A DNA stretch of 64,000 bases from assembly GCA_963643165.1 (NCBI GenBank), contig CAVIJD010000009.1, positions 940 to 64,939 on the forward strand. Direction: 5' to 3'. How positions within the stretch are numbered: position 1 is the stretch's first letter; the number at the start of each line of letters is the position of its first letter. This document shows positions 38,662-47,693 of the stretch, piece by piece. The notes beneath the pieces were generated by a model. That model searched no databases and was not told the DNA's origin. It saw only the letters and a program-made list of their open reading frames with translations. Origin of the DNA: a bacterium (GTDB lineage Bacteria > Bacteroidota > Bacteroidia > Bacteroidales > WCHB1-69). The translations under genes and the position numbers were made by a program.

Positions 38662-41010
38662 TTATTTGGGGATGATCAGTTTTGCGAACTTGAGCATCAA
38701 GGTTTTGGTGCCGACGGTGTCGAACCTGACTTGTGCTTTTTTGTCCTGGTCGCTGCCCTCGACGGTGAGCACATTGCCATAGCCGAATTTGCTGTGATAG
38801 ACCCTGACGCCGGGCTGTATATCGCTGTTGCCGGCCGGCGTTCCCATCTGTTCCTGCCGCACTTCGGCCTTGCTTTTGACCACGGGGCGGGCGTCAACCT
38901 TCCCCGACGGACGGCTGTCTTGCAGCGGACGGAACCGCGACTCCTTCGGCTTTGAGAACAAACTGTTGCTCGGCTTCCAAGCAAAAGACCCTGCTCCGCC
39001 GGAGGCCTTTTTTGTGATATTCAAAAATTCATCAGGGATCTCGCTCACAAAGCGGCTTTCCTCGCAGAACTGCAGCGACCCGAAACGATAGCGCCGTTGC
39101 GCTTCGGTAAGTGTCACAGACTTTCTGGCACGCGTGAGCGCCACATAGAAAAGCCTGCGCTCCTCTTCCATCTCCTGCCGGGAATTGGCACACATCGAGG
39201 AGGGGAACAGATTCTCCTCCATGCCCGTGATGAAGACATAGTCGAACTCAAGACCTTTTGCCGAATGGATTGTCATCATCTTCACCCGGTCTTCCTCATC
39301 CTCCGCCTTGTCGTCTTCCTCGTCGCTCAAAAGGGCGATGGACTCCATAAAGTGGTCGAGGGATGGGAAATAGGTCTCCATAATCTCCCCCGTCGCCTCT
39401 ATGAAACTGTCGTCGGGCGTTTTTTCGGTAAAGCTTTTCATCGAGTCAAGCAGCTCTTCCACATTCTCGCCGCGCTCTTTCTCTTCCGTGTTCTCGTGCA
39501 GCAACTTGGCGATGCCTGTTTTCTGGACAATCTGCTTGCCCAACTCGTAGGCATCTTCCGTCGGCAAGACCGCGGAGAAGCCGCGTATCATGTTGGCAAA
39601 CTCGGTCAACTTGTTGGCGATGGCTGTGCTGACCTCCAGATTGTACTGCTGCGGATTCGCGATCACGTCCCAAACTTGAGTGCCTTGTTGGGCTGCGGCG
39701 GCTGAGACCTTCGACATTGTCGTGTCGCCAATGCCCCGCATCGGGTAGTTGATGACGCGACGCAACGACTCTTCATCGTAATGGTTGATGACCAGCCTGA
39801 AATAGGCCAAAACATCTTTGATTTCCTTGCGTTTGTAGAACGAAAGCCCGCCATATATTTTATAGGGAATGTGACGTTTGACCATCGCCTCTTCGAGCGT
39901 ACGCGACTGCACGTTGGTTCTGTAAAGGATGGCGAACTGCTTGTTGGCGGCATGTTCATTCATCTGGGTTTCAAAAATGGCGTCTGCCACCGCATGCGCC
40001 TCGTCGTTGTCACTGTCAGCACATATCAGGTTTATTTTGGCCCCCGACTCGTTGTCCGTCCATACATCTTTCGGCATCTGGTCGCGGTTGTTTTTGATGA
40101 TGGCATTGGCCGCATTGACGATTGTCTGGGTGGAGCGGTAATTCTGCTCGAGTTTGTAGATCTTGGCATCCGGATAATCGCGCCTGAAGTTGAGAATGTT
40201 CTGAATGTCCGCGCCTCTGAAACCATAAATGCTCTGGGCATCGTCACCCACTACGCAGATGTTCTGGTTTTGGGCTGCCAACTTTCTGACAATCAAATAC
40301 TGGGCGAAGTTGGTATCCTGGTACTCGTCAACTAAAATGTAAGAAAAACGGCTCTGATACTTATAGAGCATGTCCGGAAAGTCACGGAGCAGCACGTTCA
40401 TATAGTAGAGCAAGTCGTCAAAATCCATGGCGTCCGCCAGTTTGAGGCGTTTGTTGTACGCGGAAAAAATCTCGGCCACCATCGGCTTCCCCGCCGCCCT
40501 GTCCGCTGCCATAATCTCGCTGTTGTTGGCGTACTCCTGTTCTGAAAGCAGGTTCGACTTGGCCATGGAGATGCGGTTGAGCACATAGTTGGGCGTATAT
40601 TGCTTGGGGTCAAGGTTCATGTCCTTCACAATGTTGCGTATCAGCGACTTAGAGTCATCGGTGTCATACACGGTCAGTCTTGCCGTATAGCCCAACTTTT
40701 CGGCTTCCACACGCAGAATCCGGTAAAACACGGAATGGAAAGTACCCATTGTGACGGCTCTTGCCACATTGCCACCCACAAGGTTGGTGATACGCCCGCG
40801 CATCTCGGCCGAGGCCTTGTTTGTAAACGTGAGCGCGAGAATGTTGTACGGGCTGATGCCCGAGGCTAACATATAGGCAATGCGGTAAGTCAAGACCCTG
40901 GTCTTTCCAGACCCTGCCCCGGCAATCACCATCACCGGACCATCTACCTGTTTTACTGCACATTGCTGTTGGCTGTTCAATGCTGAAAGTATCGATTCTG
41001 TATTTGTCAT
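38662..41010 (-). CDS. UvrD/PcrA/Rep-family ATP-dependent DNA helicase
   Basis: VIAGAGSGKTRVLT (Walker A), LVDEYQDTN and VGDDAQSIYGFRGA motifs. ATG at 41010 (the ORF track uses the TTG at 41034). Confidence 0.9.
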   Translation of the reverse strand: MTNTESILSALNSQQQCAVKQVDGPVMVIAGAGSGKTRVLTYRIAYMLASGISPYNILALTFTNKASAEMRGRITNLVGGNVARAVTMGTFHSVFYRILRVEAEKLGYTARLTVYDTDDSKSLIRNIVKDMNLDPKQYTPNYVLNRISMAKSNLLSEQEYANNSEIMAADRAAGKPMVAEIFSAYNKRLKLADAMDFDDLLYYMNVLLRDFPDMLYKYQSRFSYILVDEYQDTNFAQYLIVRKLAAQNQNICVVGDDAQSIYGFRGADIQNILNFRRDYPDAKIYKLEQNYRSTQTIVNAANAIIKNNRDQMPKDVWTDNESGAKINLICADSDNDEAHAVADAIFETQMNEHAANKQFAILYRTNVQSRTLEEAMVKRHIPYKIYGGLSFYKRKEIKDVLAYFRLVINHYDEESLRRVINYPMRGIGDTTMSKVSAAAAQQGTQVWDVIANPQQYNLEVSTAIANKLTEFANMIRGFSAVLPTEDAYELGKQIVQKTGIAKLLHENTEEKERGENVEELLDSMKSFTEKTPDDSFIEATGEIMETYFPSLDHFMESIALLSDEEDDKAEDEEDRVKMMTIHSAKGLEFDYVFITGMEENLFPSSMCANSRQEMEEERRLFYVALTRARKSVTLTEAQRRYRFGSLQFCEESRFVSEIPDEFLNITKKASGGAGSFAWKPSNSLFSKPKESRFRPLQDSRPSGKVDARPVVKSKAEVRQEQMGTPAGNSDIQPGVRVYHSKFGYGNVLTVEGSDQDKKAQVRFDTVGTKTLMLKFAKLIIPK

Positions 41011-41031
41011 CCTTGCTTGTTTCAATGGCAG

Positions 41032-41039
41032 CAAAGGTA
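41032..41039 (-). promoter_or_regulatory. -7 box (TACCTTTG) upstream of the helicase gene
   Basis: Plus-strand caaaggta, 22 nt upstream of the ATG at 41010. Confidence 0.35.
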
Positions 41040-41145
41040 CTGTTTTTCGCCGTATCCCCTACCCTATCCCGAGTGTCACTTCCGCTGCGTTTTGATAAAA
41101 TTTTAGTTTTTTATTAACTTTTGTATTTTGGTTTAAATATTTTAT

Positions 41146-41153
41146 TATTTTTG
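41146..41153 (+). promoter_or_regulatory. Orphan plus-strand -7 box (TATTTTTG) with no downstream plus-strand CDS
   Basis: tatttttg faces the structured region 41160-41282 and then the antisense of the dxs 3' end. Confidence 0.3.
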
Positions 41154-41282
41154 CAGTGTCATTCATGTTCAGGTAACCGACCCGTCCCACCTTTTTTCCC
41201 ATGAATACATTTCCCTCCTTTTATTTGGCAATTACTCATTAAAAACCGGTTACCTGTGTCTGGCGGTTTCTGTTTTCGTCTT

Positions 41283-43178
41283 TCACACTTGCATTATTTG
41301 CTTGATTTTCAAGATTATGTCTTCCACCCCGAAGCCCACTTCGTGGTAAAGGCTCGGTATGTCGCCCTGGGCTATGAAGCGGTCAGGTATAGCGATATGG
41401 GCAAGCCGGTTGTTCAGGCCGGCGTTTTCAAGATATTCAGCCAAGGCTGAAAACAGGCCTCCTTTTTCGGTGCCGTCCTCCACGGCAAGCCAGCAAGGAT
41501 ATTGTTCAGCCAAACTCGTCAGCAAGGTTTCGTCAAGCGGTTTCAGGAACCGCACGTCAACCCAAGCCGGTTTCAGGTTGTCGGACGATAGGGCTTGCAG
41601 CGCCTTTTCCACCTGGTTACCAAGCGGCCCTAACGACAGCACCAACAGCTTCTCGCCATGCCGCATCATTTCCGCCTTCCCGATTGCTATCTCTTCAGGT
41701 TCATTGTGCCAATTTGCCAGCACCCCGCGGCCCCGCGGGTACCGGATGGCAAACGGCAGTCCGCCGTTTTGGGCATTATGGTATGCCGTAACCATCAGGT
41801 TCCTGAGTTCATGCTCGTTGCGCGGCGAAGCTATGATTAAGTCGGGGACAGATCGCAGGAAAGCCAAGTCAAATGCACCTTGGTGCGTGGCGCCGTCCTC
41901 GCCGACAAGTCCCGCCCGGTCGATGCAAAATATTACAGGCAGCCGCTGCAAGGCCACATCGTGAATCACCTGGTCGTACCCGCGCTGCAAAAAAGAAGAA
42001 TAGATGTTGCAGAACGGGATGTACCCCTCGGCCGCCAGTCCGGCAGAAAATGTGACCGCGTGTTGTTCGGCAATGCCCACGTCGAAGACGCGTTCGGGGA
42101 ACTCTTTGTCCATGATGTTCAGCGAGCAGCCCGTAGCCATTGCCGGCGTTATCCCGACGATTTTCTCATCCTGCCGTGCCAACTCCAGGATGGTGTGTCC
42201 GAACACATCCTGGTACTTCGGAGGCAGATTGTCCGTGTTCTTTTGGATGATCTTTCCCGTTTCAGGGTCAAATTGCCCGGGCGCATGATAGGCGGTCTGA
42301 TGCTGCTCCGCCATCTCCAATCCCTTGCCTTTTACCGTCAGCACATGCAGCAATTTGAGTCCGGGCAGTTTTTTGAGCGCTTGCAAAGTCTTGACGAGAT
42401 AAACGACATCGTGACCATTAGCCGGTCCGAAATAACGATACCCGAGGCTCTGAAACCAGTTGCTTCCGCCCAACAGATACCCCTTGACGCCGTTGCCGAT
42501 GCTGCTGAGCAGGTTCGTTGCCCGGTTCGACTGTTTAGTCTTGATGGTGAAGAGGTTCCAAAGTCTGTTTTTGAAACGGTTATAGGCAGGCGACGCCGTG
42601 ATGGAGAGCAGATATTTGCTCATAGCCCCGGTGCTCTTGTCAATCGATATTTTATTGTCGTTGAGCACCACCAGCATGTTGACATCGCGGCAGGCGGCTT
42701 GGTTCATGGCCTCGAACGCCATACCGCCGCCAATAGCCCCGTCGCCAATCACGGCAATGTGATTTCTTTTCAAGTTGCCGTTCATCTTGGCGGCCATGGC
42801 CATGCCGAGCACGGCGGATATGGATGTGGAGGAGTGCCCCGTGCCAAAAGCATCGTAAGCGCTTTCCTCCCGCCTGGGAAATCCGCTGATGCCGCCGTAG
42901 CAGCGATTCGTGGAAAAACGTTCGCGCCGTCCGGTCAGGATCTTGTGCGCGTATGCCTGGTGCCCCACATCCCAAACCAACTTGTCGTCGGGCGTGTCAA
43001 AGACATAGTGCAAGGCTACGGTCAACTCTACCACGCCGAGGCTGGATCCCAGATGCCCGGGATGGCGCGCCGTCTCTTTGATGATGAACTGCCTGAGCTC
43101 ATCGCACACCTCGGGCAATTCATTGACCGGAATCTTTCGCAAGTCTTCCGGAGAGTCTATATGTTCCAAATAAGACAT
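41283..43178 (-). CDS. dxs: 1-deoxy-D-xylulose-5-phosphate synthase
   Basis: GHLGSSLGVVELTVALHYVF, DVGHQAYAHKILTGR and GDGAIGGGMAFEA (ThDP motif). Confidence 0.95.
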   Translation of the reverse strand: MSYLEHIDSPEDLRKIPVNELPEVCDELRQFIIKETARHPGHLGSSLGVVELTVALHYVFDTPDDKLVWDVGHQAYAHKILTGRRERFSTNRCYGGISGFPRREESAYDAFGTGHSSTSISAVLGMAMAAKMNGNLKRNHIAVIGDGAIGGGMAFEAMNQAACRDVNMLVVLNDNKISIDKSTGAMSKYLLSITASPAYNRFKNRLWNLFTIKTKQSNRATNLLSSIGNGVKGYLLGGSNWFQSLGYRYFGPANGHDVVYLVKTLQALKKLPGLKLLHVLTVKGKGLEMAEQHQTAYHAPGQFDPETGKIIQKNTDNLPPKYQDVFGHTILELARQDEKIVGITPAMATGCSLNIMDKEFPERVFDVGIAEQHAVTFSAGLAAEGYIPFCNIYSSFLQRGYDQVIHDVALQRLPVIFCIDRAGLVGEDGATHQGAFDLAFLRSVPDLIIASPRNEHELRNLMVTAYHNAQNGGLPFAIRYPRGRGVLANWHNEPEEIAIGKAEMMRHGEKLLVLSLGPLGNQVEKALQALSSDNLKPAWVDVRFLKPLDETLLTSLAEQYPCWLAVEDGTEKGGLFSALAEYLENAGLNNRLAHIAIPDRFIAQGDIPSLYHEVGFGVEDIILKIKQIMQV

Positions 43179-43183
43179 TGCAG

Positions 43184-44392
43184 TTATTTTGACAACACCT
43201 GCCGGTAAAAACTCAGCAGTTTTTCCGTTATTAATTCGTTGTTATGATTGACCGATATGAAATCACGGGCATTTTCTGATATGATGGTGCAAATGTCAGG
43301 GGTGGCAATACATTTGTCGATGACCGCAAGGAACTGTTCCGGCGTGTCCGCTATGAAAAGATGCTTGCCGTCTTCCACATCCAAGCCCTCAGCGCCTACC
43401 GAGGTTGTTATCACGACCCTGCCAAGCGCCATTGCTTCTACGATTTTGATGCGCACGCCACTGCCCGACAGCAACGGCACAATCATCAAGTCGTGACCCA
43501 GCATAAACTCGTTGGCGTCCGGCACGGAACCGACAAAGGTCACATTCTGCTCTTTTCGACTCAACAGGGCTTCGGGCATGCCATGCCCCGCCACGGTGAA
43601 CCGCAAGCCGGGATGCGCTTCGTGTATCAAAGGCCACACCTCACTCAAAAACCAGTCCATACCCTCCAAGTTGGGCGACCAATTCATACTTCCGATATGG
43701 CAAAGTGAGGGCTGGTCGGAGGGAATGTAGTCATCTTCTATAGGATAATTGTCAAGATTGAGCCCGAAAGGAATTACGGTGCCCGCAACCTCCGGGGCCG
43801 TCTGTCTGAAGTATTCATAATCGGGCGTTGAGATGGTCATGTATCCATCTACCTTGCGGAGCACGCTGTCTTCCATCTTTTTCAACTGGTTCCGATTCAA
43901 TCTGAAAAGCATTTTCTTCACAGGATTGCTTTCGTTGTCTGCAAGCCGGTTCCAAATCTGATGCTCTATGTTGTGCATCCTCATTACGATACGGGCGTCA
44001 GAACAACGGCGGAACAGGTCGATATAAGGCGCCACATAGATCGACTCCAGATGGATGATGTCAAAGGTCTCTTGTTTCAAGATGTATTCCAGTTTTGAGA
44101 CCATACTCTTGGACCGGAACCTTTCAATGTGGTACGACTTTCCGTTAAAAAGTGTGCGGAATCCCTCCAGAGGGCTCAGCGCAGTGTCAACAAATACCGA
44201 CTCAAAGCAAGTCTTCTTCAAGTAGTCAACAGGAAATGCGTCAATCCGGACAGGATGTTTCGGCGTTTCAATAGCCACCACTTTCACCTGTTGACCGCCG
44301 TCGAGCAGCCCTTGGGTGATGTTGTGGATGGCAATACAGCCTCCGTCAATCGGTGGGAGAGGCGGTTTATGACAAAGTTGAAGGATTTTCAT
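43184..44392 (-). CDS. Glycosyltransferase (GT4/GT1-fold)
   Basis: N-terminal KPPLPPIDGGCIA and a GT-B C-terminal half (SGSGVRIKIVEAMALGRVVITT). The stop lies 5 nt before the dxs start, and there is a 4-nt ATGA overlap with the upstream gene. Confidence 0.7.
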   Translation of the reverse strand: MKILQLCHKPPLPPIDGGCIAIHNITQGLLDGGQQVKVVAIETPKHPVRIDAFPVDYLKKTCFESVFVDTALSPLEGFRTLFNGKSYHIERFRSKSMVSKLEYILKQETFDIIHLESIYVAPYIDLFRRCSDARIVMRMHNIEHQIWNRLADNESNPVKKMLFRLNRNQLKKMEDSVLRKVDGYMTISTPDYEYFRQTAPEVAGTVIPFGLNLDNYPIEDDYIPSDQPSLCHIGSMNWSPNLEGMDWFLSEVWPLIHEAHPGLRFTVAGHGMPEALLSRKEQNVTFVGSVPDANEFMLGHDLMIVPLLSGSGVRIKIVEAMALGRVVITTSVGAEGLDVEDGKHLFIADTPEQFLAVIDKCIATPDICTIISENARDFISVNHNNELITEKLLSFYRQVLSK

Positions 44393-45840
44393 TGCGCTTT
44401 TTTTCGGAACAATTTAAAGTTTTTAAGTTTTTCGGTGAAGCGTGCGTAGGTGTCCGGAGACAGCACAACAGAGTCGGTTGTGGCGTGGTAAGTCAAGAAG
44501 ACACATATCGGCAACAGGATAAACGACGAGAGAAACATGCCGAACCATACAGGCATCGGACTGCTTTTGGCGATTTTTTCGCCTATGATGGAGATTGCAA
44601 AATAGAGGGTGAAGAAGAGCACGGTGATGACCAATGGGATTCCGATGCCTCCTTTCCGGATAATGGAGCCCAAGGGCGCACCAATGAAGAAGAAGAGGAT
44701 GCAAGCCAACGCGAGCGTTATTTTCCGCAGAAATTCAATTTGGTAGGACCACAAGGAGGAGGTTCGGAAAGAGATGTCTTGATAGGAAAAACGCAGGGAG
44801 AATGTGAACTGACGCGCCGAATTTTCGGCGAACTGCATAATGCGCGGCAATTTTTCCTGGTCCACCTTTTCAAGGTCCAATGTCTTGGCAACCGAGAGCG
44901 TATCGAATGTGCTGTCATTGCGCACGATGGCGTTGTAAAAATAGAGGTTGTTGAAGAACACGTCTGACGCGCCGTGCGAGAGTCCTTTTATCTCCTCTTT
45001 GAGTGTGTCAATCTTGCCTTTCAGTTGCTTCGACGACATGGTCGAGGAGTTGGTCTGAAAGAGGCTGGCGTCGTTATTGCCCACGGTCACGAAGTCAGAC
45101 ATGTCGAAACGTTTGTACTGCTTGCTGAACGAGGCGCGCGAAAGCGGATAACGGACTCTGTTGGAGCGGGAACGGCCAACTTGCGGCGACTCGTCCCAAA
45201 AATAGCCGTCATGGAGCGTGAACATAAGATAGTGCTTGTCGGGGGTCATCTGCATCTTTCCCTCCTTGGCGTAAGTCACGGTGGTATTTCCACGGTGCTT
45301 GGAGTGGTCGTAGATGATGATGTCTTTGATGGTTTCGCCATCGGGCATTTTTTTGCCTATGCGGATGGCATAATCGTCAAATCCCGTGTAGAAAACGCCT
45401 TCATCGATGTTGAAGGCGGGTTTTTGTTGCTGTATGTCGAAAAGCATCATGCGCAACTTGAGCGATGCCCGCGGTATCACTTCATTGGAGAACTCGTAGG
45501 CCACAATTGCGATGACGAATGAGAGCATGGCCAGCGGCATCATCATTTGGCGGATGGAGATGCCGGCAGACTTGAGCGCGACAATCTCGTAACGTTCTCC
45601 CAAGTTGCCGAATGTCATGAGCGACGCTAACAGCACCGCCAACGGAAAGGCCATCGAGGAGAGCGTCAACGAGGCATAGAACAGCAATTTCAGAAGCAGT
45701 CCCATTTCAAGCCCTTTGCCAACCAACTCGTCAACCCATTTCCAAAGAAACTGCATCAGCAGCACAAAGAGGGCAACAAAGAAAGTGAGGACAAAGGGCC
45801 CGAAAAAGTTTTTGCAAAGGTATCGGTTTATTATCTTCAC
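44389..45840 (-). CDS. LptF/LptG (YjgP/YjgQ)-family permease
   Basis: MKIINRYLCKNFFGPFVLTFF... and YEIVALKSAGISI blocks. Six-TM architecture with a large periplasmic insert. Confidence 0.8.
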   Translation of the reverse strand: MKIINRYLCKNFFGPFVLTFFVALFVLLMQFLWKWVDELVGKGLEMGLLLKLLFYASLTLSSMAFPLAVLLASLMTFGNLGERYEIVALKSAGISIRQMMMPLAMLSFVIAIVAYEFSNEVIPRASLKLRMMLFDIQQQKPAFNIDEGVFYTGFDDYAIRIGKKMPDGETIKDIIIYDHSKHRGNTTVTYAKEGKMQMTPDKHYLMFTLHDGYFWDESPQVGRSRSNRVRYPLSRASFSKQYKRFDMSDFVTVGNNDASLFQTNSSTMSSKQLKGKIDTLKEEIKGLSHGASDVFFNNLYFYNAIVRNDSTFDTLSVAKTLDLEKVDQEKLPRIMQFAENSARQFTFSLRFSYQDISFRTSSLWSYQIEFLRKITLALACILFFFIGAPLGSIIRKGGIGIPLVITVLFFTLYFAISIIGEKIAKSSPMPVWFGMFLSSFILLPICVFLTYHATTDSVVLSPDTYARFTEKLKNFKLFRKKAQ

Positions 45841-45864
45841 AAAAGAACGCTTCCTTTATGAATA

Positions 45865-46707
45865 TTAGTAATCGCCGAGGGTTTGCGGCAACTGCGCCAA
45901 GGCAGCGGCGGCCTGCTCGTCATTAGGGGCAGATCCATGCCACTTGTGCGTGCCTTCCATGAAGTCAACGCCTTTGCCCATCTCGGTATTCATCACAATG
46001 GCCACGGGCTTGCCGTTATGGGCCAGTGACTTGGCCAAGGTTAAGGTCTGCACGCACTTTTTCATGTCGTTGCCGTCAACTTTGAGCACCATCCAGTCGG
46101 AGTCCTCGAGTTTGCTGCGTAGTCTGCCGAGACTGCAAACCTGGTCAGTATTTCCGTCAATCTGCTTGCCGTTCAGGTCGATAGTCATGATGAGGTTATC
46201 GACATGTTTTGCGCCGGCAAACATGACTGCCTCCCAGATTTGACCCTCTTGCAACTCACCGTCACCCGTGAGGACAAATACGAGATGGTTGTCGTTGTTG
46301 GCTTTTTTGGCCAGTGCAGCGCCAATGGCTACGGATACGCCTTGTCCTAACGATCCCGACGCGATGCGTATTCCGGGGAGTCCCTCTACTGGGGAGGGAT
46401 GTCCTTGCAGACGGGAATGTAATTTGCGGAACGTAGCCAACTCCTCGACGGGGAAATAACCGCGGCGGGCCATCACACTGTACAGCACCGGTGAGATGTG
46501 ACCGTTAGAGAGGAAGAACATGTCTTCGCCATTCCCGTTTTGGGTGAAATTTTCCGGCTTTATGTCCATAATCTGAAAATAAAGAGCCGTCAGAAAGTCG
46601 GCACAGCCGAGAGAACCGCCGGGATGTCCAGATTTGGCGCCGTGAACCATTCTTATGATATCACGCCTTACTTGCGTGGCAATGTCTTGTAATTGTTTGG
46701 TGTCCAT
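45865..46707 (-). CDS. Transketolase, N-terminal (ThDP-binding) subunit of a split enzyme
   Basis: SGHPGGSLGCADFLTALYF and GDGELQEGQIWEA motifs. At 280 aa it is only the N-terminal module. Confidence 0.9.
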   Translation of the reverse strand: MDTKQLQDIATQVRRDIIRMVHGAKSGHPGGSLGCADFLTALYFQIMDIKPENFTQNGNGEDMFFLSNGHISPVLYSVMARRGYFPVEELATFRKLHSRLQGHPSPVEGLPGIRIASGSLGQGVSVAIGAALAKKANNDNHLVFVLTGDGELQEGQIWEAVMFAGAKHVDNLIMTIDLNGKQIDGNTDQVCSLGRLRSKLEDSDWMVLKVDGNDMKKCVQTLTLAKSLAHNGKPVAIVMNTEMGKGVDFMEGTHKWHGSAPNDEQAAAALAQLPQTLGDY

Positions 46708-46718
46708 AATTGGTGATA

Positions 46719-47126
46719 TTATTTGTTTAATGCTACTTCTTTTGCGATAGAGTCGGCAATTTGCTGAAACTCGTCAGGGGTCAACTGCACTCTCTCGGCC
46801 TTGAAGTTCAAGTCGCCGACACCGTTGATGGGGACGAGGTGAATGTGGTTGTGCGGAACATCAATGCCGATGACAGCGACGCCGATACGTTTGCAAGGCA
46901 TAGCCTTCTTGATGCCGGCTGCAACTTTCTTGGCAAATATCATCATCTTGCCGAGCAAATCGTCGGGAAGGTCGAAGATATAATCGTTCTGTAATTTGGT
47001 AATCACTAACGTATGCCCTTTGGCGATAGGGGAGATATCGAGGAAGGCAAAGAAGTTTTCGTCTTCGGCAATTTTGTAACAAGGTATCTCGCCTTTTATG
47101 ATTTTGGTAAACAGGGTATCTTCCAT
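46719..47126 (-). CDS. HIT-family (histidine triad) protein
   Basis: LFTKIIKGEIP start and the HNHIHLVP histidine triad. Confidence 0.85.
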   Translation of the reverse strand: MEDTLFTKIIKGEIPCYKIAEDENFFAFLDISPIAKGHTLVITKLQNDYIFDLPDDLLGKMMIFAKKVAAGIKKAMPCKRIGVAVIGIDVPHNHIHLVPINGVGDLNFKAERVQLTPDEFQQIADSIAKEVALNK

Positions 47127-47141
47127 AATCGTTTGATAATA

Positions 47142-47615
47142 TTAACGTGAAATATTCAAAATTTCGAACTGCATCTCACCGGCGGGAGCCTGCATTGTGA
47201 CGGTGTCGCCTTTGGAGTTGCCGATCAGCGCTTTAGCCAAGGGACTGGAAACGGAGATCTTTCCGGCTTTGAAGTCAGATTCCGACTCGGGCACAATCGT
47301 GTAAGTCATCTCAGCACCCGTCTTGATGTTCTTGACGGTTACGATGGAATAGATGAGCACTTTGGATACGTCAATTTTGGACTCGTCAAGAACCCTTGCT
47401 TTGGCAATAAGGTTACGGAGATTGGCAATCTTAAGTTCGAGCAAACCCTGTGCCTCCTTGGCTGCGTCATACTCTGCATTTTCAGACAAGTCGCCTTTGT
47501 CACGGGCCTCGGCTATCGCTTGCGATATCTTAGGTCTTTCAACAGATTCGAGTTCGTTGAGTTCATTTTTCAGGGCATCAAGGCCTTCTTGGGTGTAGTA
47601 TTTAATATCTTCCAT
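47142..47615 (-). CDS. greA: Transcription elongation factor GreA
   Basis: EARDKGDLSENAEYDAAKEAQ coiled-coil tip; 157 aa. Confidence 0.95.
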   Translation of the reverse strand: MEDIKYYTQEGLDALKNELNELESVERPKISQAIAEARDKGDLSENAEYDAAKEAQGLLELKIANLRNLIAKARVLDESKIDVSKVLIYSIVTVKNIKTGAEMTYTIVPESESDFKAGKISVSSPLAKALIGNSKGDTVTMQAPAGEMQFEILNISR

Positions 47616-47637
47616 AATTGATTGTTTTATTACACAA

Positions 47638-47667
47638 ATAGAAGAGACTCTTTCAAGCCTCTTCTAT
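47638..47667 (-). terminator. Hairpin between the PorV-like gene and greA
   Basis: 9-bp stem atagaagag / ctcttctat with a 12-nt loop. The minus-strand T-run is weak (tttgtgt). Confidence 0.4.
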
Positions 47668-47693
47668 TATGCTGTAAAATGGTTAAATAAATC

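Noticed and set aside
41880-43208. 442-aa plus-strand ORF opposite dxs
   Set aside because: It is an in-register antisense artefact of a strongly codon-biased gene and has no motifs.
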